DNA of 64,000 bases from Tubulanus polymorphus (lineage: Eukaryota; Animalia; Nemertea). Shown in pieces: positions 42,201 through 54,794 of the stretch. A program made the translations under genes and the position numbers. The stretch covers positions 2,666,001 to 2,730,000 of the forward strand of contig NC_134025.1 in the NCBI RefSeq assembly GCF_964204645.1. The letters are read 5' to 3'. Below the pieces are notes generated by a model. It had not been told where the DNA came from and searched no databases. It was given only the letters and a program-made list of their open reading frames with translations. Position 1 is the first letter of the stretch. Each line of letters begins with the position of its first letter.

Positions 42201-45200
42201 ATCAGAATCAGTGATTCAGTAATCAGTGAAAACTTACAGAGTGGTTTACATTTGATCAATATGAGAAGTCGAATCGTCGCGCACAATATAACTGTTACTA
42301 ATAACAGCTACGGCGCCGGTTTACGCGTTTACGAGGGCGCCACTGATTGTCTGATCGATTCGAGCACGTTTAAATACAACGAACGAGCGGGTGTGAACGT
42401 TACGACAACCGGCGGACAGATCATCGTTAATAGAACGTTGTTCGAATCTAATAACGACCACGGCCTCGTGACGCGTTATATCCACTTGAACAAGACGCGA
42501 ATTGAAGGTTATCATTCGGTGGATGTTTTCGATTCAAATTTCCAACTGAACGAAGGAATCGGCGCGTTCTTCGGTAACTATTGCGGCGACGGACACATTT
42601 CAGTGAACAAGACCAATTTCGACGGAAATGGCGTCGGTTTGAAATTCGAATCGTGTCAAGCTGTCGGCGGTAAATCGACGAATCTGACCATCGCGTATAA
42701 TACGTTTCATCGTAATAAGAAGCCGGCCGTCGAGGTGACTCCGGCTCTGAGGATTTACGGAAAAATCGGCAACAACACGTTCACGCAAAACGAGCACGGC
42801 TGTATTCAAATAGATAATACGGACGATTACCTGAAAACGCGAGAATATCGTAAAGCGTCGGTGAATTACGCGATCTGGGGAAATTCATTCAAGTGGAACT
42901 ACGGCTGGTTCGTCATCAATCTGCGTCTGACGCACGAGAGCAGTTTACAGAATTTAATCTTCAAGGAAAATCGTCTGGAGAACAATCGGATCTACGATCC
43001 GTTCCCGGGTTTGAATCCGCGCACGCGAGCGGCCGCCGTTCTGCTCGTATCGTCGTCGAATATCAGAATCACGCGTAACGCGTTCAGTAACCACGTCGCC
43101 GTTTACGAGATCGCTACTCATCTGATCGATCCGTCGTTTACGATCGACGCGGTCGCTAATTATTTCCACTACGTGAAAACGAACGAACTTCCCGATATCG
43201 AGACGATCGACACGAAGATATTCGATCGGTTTAAACGCTACGACCTCGCGGCGATCAAGTACTTCCAAGTTCTGAAGGTCGATCGACTTTTTGAGAAGAA
43301 TCTCGAGAATTACGAAGTGCATTATATTCACACGTTTCTACGCGGTACGGTGATCGGGGGTGATCTGATGGAAACGTATCGTCTACCGAGGGGTAACTAT
43401 ACCGTCGACAGGGATATCAATGTACAACCGCAATCAACTCTGACCATCGCAGCCGGGACTATTTTGAATTTTGCGAACTCGCTCGGAATGTTGATTCAAG
43501 GAGAGGTTCGCAGTGAAGGTACGAATGTGGATAAGATAGTCTATACGCTGGCAGGTGGGGAAAATGAAGAAATGAACCATACATCTGTACGTCTGGTGGA
43601 CGGAGCGAATAGATATGAAGGTCGCGTGGAGGTGCAAGTTAATGAACAGTGGGGAACAGTATGCAGTCAGGTTAGTTGACTTCAAAATACTCGGAGTGTT
43701 CAAATTGGGCACAGTGCCTTAGTAATTATAAGTACAGCCCAAGGCTCGCACTGTGTCCCTCATCTTATGTCTGTAAAAACTATGTTTAACTCCTATATTG
43801 TATCTTGCATGACATAATGATGAAAAATAAATTATATATATATATATTGAAAATTATAGAAAAAATTATGTACTAACTTTCCTAGGGGTTGGGGGTTAAA
43901 TTGAGAAAAATACTCTAAGGATATGTTTAGATCGGGGCAGGTCATCTTACAAGGGGCCTTAAAAATGATTAAAAGGCAGTATATAGTACTTGAACGATGT
44001 CCAGCCTTCTACATACATGTAAATCCCTGAGCTTGGTTGTTACATAAAGTGATGATATTGTTTTAGGGATGGTCGATTCAAGACGCAGCAATTGTTTGTC
44101 AACAGTTAGGTATGACGATACATCCTCACGACTGGATACCTCAGAGGAGAACTCAAGGAGTTCAGTTCGCGCCGATATGGCTCAGTAATGTCGACTGTAA
44201 TAGATACAGTAAAGATATATTACACTGCGAAGCAGATGGACCTAACGATCATACATGTGATCACTCGATGGATGTGAACATTCGATGTCAACCTAAAACA
44301 TGGGGTGGTAAGTTTCTTATCTCCTTCAGGGGTTGATGCGATAAATGGGAATCTGCTTAACAAATTGAAAAACTGACAAAATATGCGAAAAGTCATAAAA
44401 TCTGTGAAAAATTCAAAGAATGTCTAAATATTTCGATTCCCTTAATGCTGTATGCAGTGGAACTCAGCATAGATACTCAAGCTGTGTTGATGTTTTCAGT
44501 AATTTTATAACAGTATAGTAACAACTCGCCGTGCCTATATCTAATTCAGTATTTACTACATGTAAGATAAAAACCCACTACATGCAGATTAAAAGAATTT
44601 AGAATTTTTTTCCTAGAGATCATCCTAGAGACACCTGACGATGATCTCTAGGGTGAGATCGAAACGTCGTGTATTCTATATATTTTAGATTGAATAACTA
44701 AATTCTTGTTTTTAAATTCTTTTAATTTGTAGATAGTGGGTTTTTATCTTATTATCCGTTCACCACGTTTGAGTGTGGTTATCGTCCTATTACTACATGT
44801 ATTTTCTATTTCAGGTGTTCATTTGACGGTAACAGCTCGCAGTAGTAAATTGATTCACATGAAGATGGATAAAGCCGGATTATTAGATTACTCAAAACTG
44901 ACGTACGGACCTGCGATACAGATCGATTACAACGAACACTATCTCAGTAATTTAGACATCAGTGAATGTCGCTCATCGGGAATCCTGGTCGTTCACAACA
45001 ATCCGTTCAAAACACCGAAGAACAAGATCGTTAACGTTAACTTGCATTCGAATTTGGATAGCGGGATCGTCTGTAAATCTCCGTTTATCGATATTTCCGA
45101 GGGAACGTTTCAGGATAATCACGTCGCTGGTTTCACGTTCAATCCGACGTTGAGCACAGTCGACGCGTCGCGAATCAGAAAACTGCTTCACACGACGACG

Positions 45201-48200
45201 AATCTGTTAGATTACGTTACGAGTCCGTTAACCGTGTCGCCGAACGGAATCTTATACGGAATCGTTCCTGTCAATTCTAATATCGGTAATCACACGTACA
45301 TGATCGAAATTCAAACTCAGTCCGGTTCTCGTATTCATATCGAACTGTTAGACTATAACCCAGACACGCAGGAGGAACACGTGACGTTTTATTCCGGCCG
45401 TAAATCCGACATCCCGAATCAACCGAGAAATTGGACCATCGAAGATGATCTGGTCGATTTTCCAGTCGCTTCCGAAGGGCAGTATCTTACGTTGAAGATC
45501 GACGTGATGAACGGAGCGCTTTCAGGGCGATTAACGATGGTTCTACGAGCGAGTGAGTGTTCGATTCTTTTAAATATCACTAAGAAAAGTTGAGAATTAG
45601 AAAAATTGGTTTATGTTATTAATGGCGTATACAGTAGACTCCACTTGACATCACATATATTCGAGTTGGAAAATCTATGATATTTTGTCCAGGGCATGCC
45701 ATAATCTCAAACAATTGTCTTCCTGGCAAAGGGAAGCTACTGTGACTGGGTCCCTACGACTCCTTGATTCCTTAAAAACTCCTTCTAAATGGAAAATGTT
45801 TTTTAAAGGTGCTTTAAACTCCTTTGATTTGAGCAAATTACTTGAAACTCATTTAAAACTCTAATTTTGATTAATAGGCAATTAGATGCCTAAATCAGTA
45901 CATTTGGGAGCAGGATTTGTTTTTTACAGAACCTAATTAGAAACAGAGTTTGTCGTCTCAGTGAACTTGTATTATGAGAAATGCCTAATGATTGATATCA
46001 TCTTGTTTTCTAGTGTCGTATTCAGTATCGATGCCACCAGCGTCAATAGAATTAAGTAATCTGAATATATTGCGCAACAATCGCGGAGTCGTCACTACCT
46101 ACTACAACAATCCTTCCAACGAACACTTCGATATTTTCTTCCGGCATAAAAAGGAATCTTTCACGATTAAAAATTCAAAGTTTCGCAACAATAAAGAACA
46201 GGCGGTCTACATCCCGAGTCGCACGAAATACCACGAGCATTATATGCCGACTTACAAAGAGCTCGAAGGATCGGCGCGTATTTCAGAAATAACTTACCGA
46301 ATTGATTCTTGCGAATTTTTGAGTAATGGACTGGGTATCGTCGGAGATCATAACCACGTCGAATTCTCGAATAATGTTTGGAATTGGACGCTGTCTCGTA
46401 ACGTATTCCGTTTTAATTTGGAACGAGGATACTCGATCGATTTACCGTTGATCGGTAGAAACTTCCGCGAACGAGATTTATGGTACGACTATCAGGATTA
46501 CATAACCGCCAATCCGAATATAATACCCGATCCGGAATGGTGGAACCAAAACTCCAACTGGGATCCGAATAATCCTAACACGTGGCATACGAACGACGCT
46601 ATAAGGTGGATGCAGCAGCAGATTTTGGAAAATCGAAATTGGAAAGATATGACTCCTCAAGAACAAGCGAAACTACTGAAAGAATTGCATCGGGAATTGT
46701 GGTTTTTGTGGCACAAAGTCGTAAATCATACCGTCCTCATCGAAAGTAACACGTTCCAAAATAATCGACATTTCGAATTCCGACTTGCCGGTTATTACGC
46801 GAAAACGGTGATTCGTAATAACTCGTTCGTGAATAACGTGGCTAGAGTCGGAGTGATGACGATCAGCGGTATGGAAAAACTGATGGACGTTCGAGACAAC
46901 GTATTCACCGGAAACACCGCACGTTACATCGTCGATTTCGCGTTGAACAGTCATTACGAATTCGAAGTCACCGTTCCCGGTCATTTCCGTTACAACAAAC
47001 TGAAATACAATCGACTGCCTCCTGGTTACGAGATCACGAAATATTCCAGTAGTCCCGAAACGTACGCTTTAGGAGTGAACGGCGTTCAAAATGTAACCGT
47101 TACGAGAAATTTGTTCGGAAACAGTTTACAATTCGAATGCGTCGCCGGGGTTCAATCGGCTTGGTTGGAAAATGCGATGGATTTACAAGAAAACTGGTGG
47201 GGAACGACCGACCAGCTCGTGATCAGAGAGAAGATTTTTGACTTCGACGATTGGAACAATTTTGCGATCGCGAATTTCTATCCGTACCTGATTGAAGATC
47301 GTTTCGATTCGCCGGTGACAACCGATCCGTTAAAAACGTTCCCTCTAGACATCTCGAAGCCGTTAGGCGGAAGAATCGAAAAACCGTTGGTTCTTCCGTA
47401 TCGCCGAGAACCTTACATCATTCAACGAGATCTAACAGTTATGCCCGACGCCTTGTTAGAAATCAAACCCGGGGTTCAGTTGCAGTTTTGGCCGAATGTC
47501 GGATTGTTGGTGCTCGGTCGGATGGTAGCGATCGGTGAATGGTATAAACCGATTGATTTCCGACCGTTTTTACCCCCGGACCGCGCGACGCGTGATACCC
47601 ATCAACAGCCGGTTAAACGAGCCATGAAAGCTCCGAAAAACGTACAAGTTCGATTCGTCGGCGGAAATCTGCGAAACGAAGGCTTCGTCGAAATGTTTAA
47701 CGAAACGGTTTATCGATGGGAATTGATCTGCGATCCGCTGTTTAACGAACGCACCGGTCGAGTCATCTGTCGAGAACTACAACTCGAGAGTTCAAACGTC
47801 ATCGTTAAGAGAACGTATTTGTACGATTCGCAGATTTACGGGTACGAGCACCGATCGGTGAAATATTTCTGGGACGTGTCGTATCAATGTAACGGCGATG
47901 AGAACACGTTAGATGAATGTTTGTGGCAGCCGAATTACAAGAAAACTACGTGTGCCGCGCAACGCGATTACGTCTTCCTTCGTTGCGGTCCGCGAAATAT
48001 CCTCGCTCACGAGCGTTATTGGGGAAATCTACGTTTCGCGTCGACCGACATCGAGACCATTCGTCCGCGGGCCGAATATTCGTATATGCAACACGTGAAT
48101 ATCTACGGGGCCGGAATATTACATGGTACGAGAGTCGCGGCGATTCAATCGACCTATCAACCACCCGTCGTCGATCGCATATCGATTACGAATTGCGCGT

Positions 48201-51200
48201 ACAGCGCTTGCGATTACGTCGCGCCTCGGTTCGGTATGACGTTCAGTAACAGCACGATAAAAGGCAACTTGGGTCACGGATTGGGATATCTGAATTTAAA
48301 CGGAGAATCGCGCGACGTATTGAGATCGTCGTTTCAGCCGTTAGTCGAGAGTATAGTTCCGTATAACGCGTTCGGTTTAGTTCGAATGTGCGACTCGACG
48401 AAAGAAATAACCATCAAAAATCGTCTGATCGTTTATTATAAATACGACTATAAATCGGCTTCGTGTTCTAAGATTCTGCGTAGTAAAGTCACCGGTAAAC
48501 GAGTCGCGTTCAGGTTATTACAGTTCAACTTACTGTACGATAACTTCAGCAAAAACGCCATCGAACTCTTCAACGGCGATTACTTCAGCAACACGAGCGC
48601 GAAGATTACGGAAATCTTACCGAACGCCCCGGAAAGCGAGATCAATCGTAAATACGAGACTTCGGGACGATACGACGTACTGGGGATTCATTTACACGCG
48701 TCTGCTGCACCGGGAACGTACGGATTCATCGCCGAGGTTGTCACGCTACCGCTGTCTCCGCTCTCGTCACTTATATCTGGTAAGCAGCTATTCACTTTCT
48801 CGTGTTGAAACCACAGGGACTCCTCTTATTTGAAGTTTGCGTGTAAATTGTAGCTTAGATAATCCAGTATCCTAGGTACTATGTATGAAAAGATATCTGA
48901 ATGATTTTCTTTTTATATACAATGGTAGTAGCACCTGGGATACTGGATGATCTAAACTACTTTTCAATCCCAAATTTCAAATACGAGCCCCTGTGCCTGA
49001 AACTAGGGTAGGCCCTAATTAGTGCTGTACTTTTCAGGTAAAATCCTTCGAGAAATGCTGAAACATAGCTATAGAGAGATCCTGAAAATGCATTTTCTCT
49101 GCTCAATAATTATTTTTGATTTTCAGGCAGGGAAACGGATCATACGATTGAATCGAATAAGATTGTAGAAAACCAAGGTGGAGCCGTCAAATATATGAAC
49201 GTCGGGGAAGTGAATCCGAACGTACTTATCACGAAAAACTACATAAAAGACAACGGTTTACACATGCTGAATATAACAGCAGTCCCGATGATCGATTTGA
49301 ATATTCAGAATTCTTGGCGTCTGCAAGTCGCGAATAACTACATCTACTACAACCGCGGAGGAGGAATTCATTTATATACGTATTCGGTAGCGAAATCTAC
49401 CGGGCTTCACGCGAACATATCCAACAATTTCCTCGATACGAATTCGCTCGGCGAAGTACTACACATAAACGGCACACACTATCAAGAGGTTCACGTCAGG
49501 AATAACTACTTGGCGCATAACCGCGTCGAGAACCGCGACGTGATCTACATCGCGGGAGTGGCCGTTAATTTCACTCATAACGTCATCCAGGAGAACGTCG
49601 GATCGTATATAATGAACGTATCCAGTTATCAGAAAGTCGGAACGTATCAGCATTATATCAGGAATTACATGTTCCGTAATCGCGCGATCGGACGACATCA
49701 TTCAACGATGTTCGTTACGAATTCACGCATGAGAATACAGAACAATTTCTTCTACAATCGACTGAACGACTTCGAATTAACGGCAAATAACAGAACGATG
49801 TAAGTATCAGCGATTATGTTACCTCACTGTTAACCCGTTATACATGCTTTTTTCAGGTGACTTCTCCGTATTTTTGTTCAAATACAATAAGTGAATTACA
49901 TGAATGACCCTCGAAGTTTGTAAATCCCCAGATCACGATTTGCTGTAATGTAAAGTCCCCGATGCAGTAAACTTCGATCGTCTGAGGTTATTGCATGCCC
50001 TGGACAGAAAGTTTGAAATTTTCTATTTCAAATTCATGCGATGATAGTTGCTCCAACTGCCCTGGAATTTTCTTGCTGCTCCCGGAGAACATTTATTGGT
50101 CCGAGGCAAGGAGAGTCTACTGTAGTTGGTATAGACGTACCAATTAGTCCTCCGTTTAACTTGATGAAACTTAAAAGCAAGCGCCCATTCGGTTGTATCC
50201 GCGCTCAGACTACTATGAGCTGTTGTATTATATCTATGTGTGATATTTATATTTCAGACCGATCACGGGTAGTTTGATACCGGTTGATAAAGCACCGATA
50301 GACGCGAGAGATAACTGGTGGGGATCGCACAATGTATTCTATATACAAGGAAGAATGTGGGATTATAGAGACGATTGGTGGTTGATTAAAGTTGACTTTT
50401 ATCCGTATCACAAATCTAATAACTCAGTCCTGGAAGGTAATAATAAACGGCTGTCATTTGTTTATTCTGCTATTTGATGATGATTTTATCTGGAATTCAT
50501 GATATTGAGATTATGTTTTTTAGGACGCTGTCCACCGGGATGGGTTCTGTACGAAGAGCGATGCTATATCTATATCGGAGGCGCTGTACCTTTTGATGAA
50601 GCTAAAGAACAATGTCGCGTGAGTTCACTTTTTCTATCCTCTCCTTTCTTAACCTTCATTTATGAAAATTACACGAATATTTACGTATCGTGTCACTATT
50701 TCTATTTCCAGCATGAAGGCGCTCTTCTAGCCGATTCTCATAAAGATCGTTTGAAATTTTTCGTCGGTCAACAGCGAAAACTGCAGAGTAATTACCGGCG
50801 GTATATCAGTCGATCGTGGGTATCGTATTCGGGACCTAATTCGCCGGGTCGATGTACCGTGGTACGTGAAGTTTACCTCGAGGATCACGACTGTAATACT
50901 CTACTACCGTTCTTCTGTGAAAAAGGTAAATATATCGATAACGAACAACGATGGCTGGTCTGATGATATCTCTTAAGGTTCATACGAAAAATATTGCTCA
51001 TTTGTTGTACGCTTTTTCATGTATTTAAGCGCATGGGGAGAAGGCGTTAGGCTTTTTTTATTAAAAGTATATCCCCTTTGGGGTCCCCCTTTTTGTCCTT
51101 TTTCTTTACTACGCTTTACAGCGTAGAAGTTCTTTCTCTAACTTTTCTTTTATGTAGTCGTGATGACTGTATTTCTGAATCAATGGTAGATCACAATATC

Positions 51201-52444
51201 CGTGATAAAACGATACAAGTAAAATCCCACAATAAAAGAATTAGATGATAAAATGTTTATTAAAACATATAAGAATATATATATGTTATATATCTTATAT
51301 GTTTTAATAAACATTTTATCATCTAATTCTTTTATTGTGGGATTTTACTCGACTGTATTTCTGTATTCTATCTCTTTAGTAAAGAAATAAACTTATGTTA
51401 TTATTGTAATGAATGATAGCTAATTTTTGTACGGTTCTGATAATGACTCGTTGTATTACCATTCTCCAAAAATGAAAATTTATCATTCTGGTGGAACTTG
51501 ATATAGGTTTCTGTTTTAAATGCTCTGTCGCGTATTGCACGCTTCGAGACTTTGAGATATTCAATGTTTGTTCTCCTCTTTCAGATCCGTATCCTAATGA
51601 ACCGTTCAGATGGCTCGTATTGATTATCGTCGGTTGCGTGTTAGCTGCCGTTATAATACTTATAATTATTATAATGTGTTGTTGGTACGTCAAATCGAAA
51701 GGACGAACGAAACAAAGATTAGAACGTCGTAATTCGATGAGAGTTTCTCGCCGTTCGAACCGATCATTACCGAGCACCGGATTCAATTCTTACCATCGTC
51801 GCGGTAAGAAGGGAACGCCGTCGATGAAATCGGGAATAACGGCTATATCGGGAACGACGCTCGATTTCGCGAGCACCGATTCGTTGGATAAGAAATTAGA
51901 CACGCGTACGATGACGACGCCTTCGTCGACGCTCGACCGACCGCGGAAAGGTTCGTCGTTCTACGACACGAACGACAACCCGTATTCGGCTCGTTTAGAG
52001 AACGAGATCGCGAACGTGATTTCTCGTCCGATGTACGACGCCGTTTACGATAATCAGGTTTACGACGATAGTTTAGATCGACGTCGTTTGCGTCATTCGT
52101 TCGCGTTGGACGATATCGATTTATACGACGACGAGGTGAAAGCGCCGCTGACTCCGACGACGATGACTCCGCACAATCGATCGTTCGACCGTCCGCCGGC
52201 GATTCCGCAGCGACCGGTGTCGATGCGTCCGCCGTCGATTCCGCGGCCGTTGTCGATTCCGCCGAAAGCCGTTTTCGACGACGACTACGAACAGGAGCCG
52301 TTCCGACGACGTGGAATCGGCGGATACACGAATTCATCGTTCGACGAATCGGACGAAAAAAATCTCTCCGATTTCGACTTGAAACCCGACGACGTTCAAG
52401 TTACGCTCAAACCGAAACACAAACGTAATGAAACCGATATATAA
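36286..52444 (+). CDS. bark: Protein bark beetle / anakonda homologue (tricellular-junction type I membrane protein), about 2891 aa
   Basis: Fifteen exons: 36286-36525, 37874-38037, 39830-40020, 40629-40964, 41165-41382, 41510-41786, 42187-43670, 44067-44307, 44815-45552, 46014-48779, 49127-49799, 50258-50436, 50524-50618, 50712-50925, 51585-52444 (8676 nt in frame). Signal peptide, three SRCR domains (e.g. VRLVDG..EGRVEV..WGTVC) each with beta-helix and CUB-like repeats, a C-type lectin (CPPGW...FFCEK), a TM helix and a C-terminal PDZ-type motif ETDI. Confidence 0.92.
36577..37757. repeat. 538-bp tandem duplication with A-B-A-B-A architecture (105-bp element A, about 431-bp TIR element B)
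   Basis: A starts at 36577, 37115 and 37653. B (36683-37113, 37221-37651) is bounded by GGTCATCCTTATTACCGAGATGA / TCATCTCGGTAATAAGGATGACC inverted repeats. Confidence 0.95.
38222..38652. mobile_element. MITE with CAGGGT(C/T)CCTACAA termini and internal TCCTTGAA repeats
   Basis: Inverted termini CAGGGTCCCTACAA / TTGTAGGAACCTTG and many TCCTTGAA motifs. A related partial copy lies at about 45746-45860 and a diverged one at about 9383-9607. Confidence 0.7.
44564..44750. mobile_element. Inverted Penelope-like (pseudo-LTR) remnant in bark intron 8
   Basis: Outer inverted repeat TAAGATAAAAACCCACTA..ATTAAAAGAATTT / AAATTCTTTTAAT..TAGTGGGTTTTTATCTTA, inner CCTAGAGATCATC / GATGATCTCTAGG, and a hammerhead core inside. 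Confidence 0.6.
44631..44672 (+). ncRNA. Minimal type I hammerhead ribozyme motif
   Basis: ACAC-CUGACGA-U-GAUCUC(UAGGGU)GAGAUC-GAAAC-GUC-GUGU: intact core, 6-bp stem II, palindromic ACGU stem III, GUC cleavage triplet and a 4-bp stem I. Confidence 0.65.
51218..51349. repeat. Perfect 57-bp inverted repeat with an 18-nt AT loop
   Basis: Arms 51218-51274 and 51293-51349 are exact reverse complements. Confidence 0.93.
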
Positions 52445-53364
52445 TTCTGAAAAACAGCTTCACACAAACTCAATCCGGATCAGCTTAATCCGGATTTTGC
52501 TCTAATACGGATATTATTTTCAGACCACCTATCTGTAAATATATTTAGAATATGGCGTTTAATGCGGATTTCTCGTAAACCGGATAAATTTCATCAGTCC
52601 CAACAGATCCAGATCAAGTTTCACTGTATTTATCTATAAAAAAAATGCTCGTCAGGAGAATATTCGCTTATCCCATTAAATAGATGACAGTAAAAAGTTC
52701 AAAACAAATTTGAACTTTTTTTATGAAATGAGACCATGGGGATCCAGTTCAACTGTGAGTACTGTGAGTTAGACTTAACTCTGACTTAATATCAGATGCG
52801 GAACTGGAAGCTGAGGTTAGCCATCAGTATATATCTATATTAAATGGTGCTTAAGTGAATATTTTTATGTTTTTTAGAAAAGAAAAATGTATAAATCAAA
52901 GATGTAAAAGAAGTGTCCGTTTAATGTACGTTCCATTGTTTGAATAAGACTCTAGATTGAAAAACAGAAATGCAGGTTTATAAAAGAAAAGAAAAAACAG
53001 TTTCTTTACTGCTAAAAATCCAGACCGTATTCTGTGCTATGAGTTCGTAATTTATTGTATATCCATTATTTCTATTTAAAAAACGTATAATTTATATATA
53101 GGGACATTTTTTGTATGATTGATTGCGATTGCAATAGATCCTTGAGAATTTTAGCCTCATATTCCATCCATTTATTGATTCTAATCGTGAAGCAATTTGT
53201 AATGTGTAATTTTATACGAACGATTTTTTACACGAATTATAATAGTTGTCTAAACGTAAAACGTAGGCCAATTTATTTTTAACATCATGTTATTTATATA
53301 ATGCATTATCGTGTGTATCAAATTGGTTTTCAGTAAGAAACAGGTGAAAATGTATTGAATACTT

Positions 53365-53367
<3 letters not shown>

Positions 53368-53437
<70 letters not shown>
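53368..53437. repeat. (TA)n microsatellite
   Basis: About 30 near-perfect TA units downstream of the bark stop codon. Confidence 0.97.
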
Positions 53438-53438
<1 letters not shown>

Positions 53439-54624
53439 CCACCGGTACATATTGTAGTTATCGTGTATCATACACTGAGCCAAATGACATAAACCGGTTT
53501 AATGATTCAATGTTATATTTGCTTTTTCGAGTGGTACCCCATACGAAGTTCTGTATAATTCATTAATGCTTTCATTCGAATATAATCAGGGCACACGGTG
53601 ATTGTATACTTACTTACGGTACCATTTATAATACATGTATATATACTACATGATTTATGTTGAGAAAAAGATAGTTAAGGATTTTTAGTTCGAAAACGTT
53701 GTTTAGCCTATGACTAGATCTCATACACTGTCCGAGCCACATGGAGATTCGTCCTAGGAAATATTTCATTTTGGTCCAACTGAATTCCATCCATTAGTTT
53801 TAGTTCGTTGTCTATCTCGAGTTCTATCATTATCGTTATTCTATTCTATTTAATACACCGGGAATTTTGTCGTTCTGTTTCATTTCAATTTCTATATGGA
53901 TTGAAGGAAAAATATTCTATTTAATTTTGTAATGAAAATTTTTAAAATTTCATTTCCATTTCGATCGGTGATTATTATTGTAAATATTGATATGAATTTT
54001 ACATTATCTTCAAACCATTCCAACTATACCGCAATATATACTATTATTATACTATATCTAATGTAATATATATATATATTTTATTTGTGTATGGTTGATG
54101 TACACTGTGTTTTGTAACGTAAATAAATATGATATTATTATAGTATTTTGAATCAGTTATATTCTCGATGAGACGTAGAGCAATTAGTTGAGATAATTGC
54201 TGGTGATGGGATGCGTGCTCCGGGAGGTGCTGACACCTATAATTCAAATGGCTGCTTTCTCCGTGAAACCGTATCGCACACGCACGTGCTCGGTGTGGTG
54301 CTCGATTTAATTTGATAGATGATGTATCTTGCTTGCAATTGTGTACTATGTTGATCCTTTAGGATCACTCATAGGCAGTAGGTAAAGAGCATACCTTCCA
54401 CCCTTATTCCATCCATTCTAAAAGAAGTCCTGTCCAACCAACAACATAAAGTAAAGCCGCAGTCAAGGAATACATTCCATTGTCTGTGGGATCGAACGGG
54501 TTCAGGGCCCCATCCACGAATAACGATTTATCACTTAGGGTTGATTGATTCCTGAAGAATACCGGCAACTTTTTCTTAAATAAATGGAGAAAGGCATCGT
54601 AGAAATCCTAACCCAGGTTCTGAT

Positions 54625-54794
54625 AATTCCACATACACTGGCTCATCAGAGATGTGTAGATCATACTGTAAAAACGATAAATCTGTCAATCCAGTGTCTA
54701 TTATATGTGAAATAGTTACTTCATATATAGACACAGGATTAACAGATTATCATTTTCACAGTATCTACAACTCTGATATGAGCCCTGTGGAATT
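54625..54794. repeat. Imperfect about 170-bp inverted repeat (foldback/MITE-like)
   Basis: AATTCCACA..GGCTCATCAGAG..TGTAGAT..ATACTGT..ATCTGTCAATCCAGTGTCTAT pairs with ATAGACACAGGATTAACAGAT..ACAGTATCTACA.CTCTGATATGAGCC.TGTGGAATT. Confidence 0.75.

Noticed and set aside
40393-52337. Antisense and alternative-frame ORFs overlapping bark exons (e.g. 40393-40959, 42954-43331, 51843-52337)
   Set aside because: Shadow ORFs expected from GC/CpG-rich coding exons, with no independent motifs.
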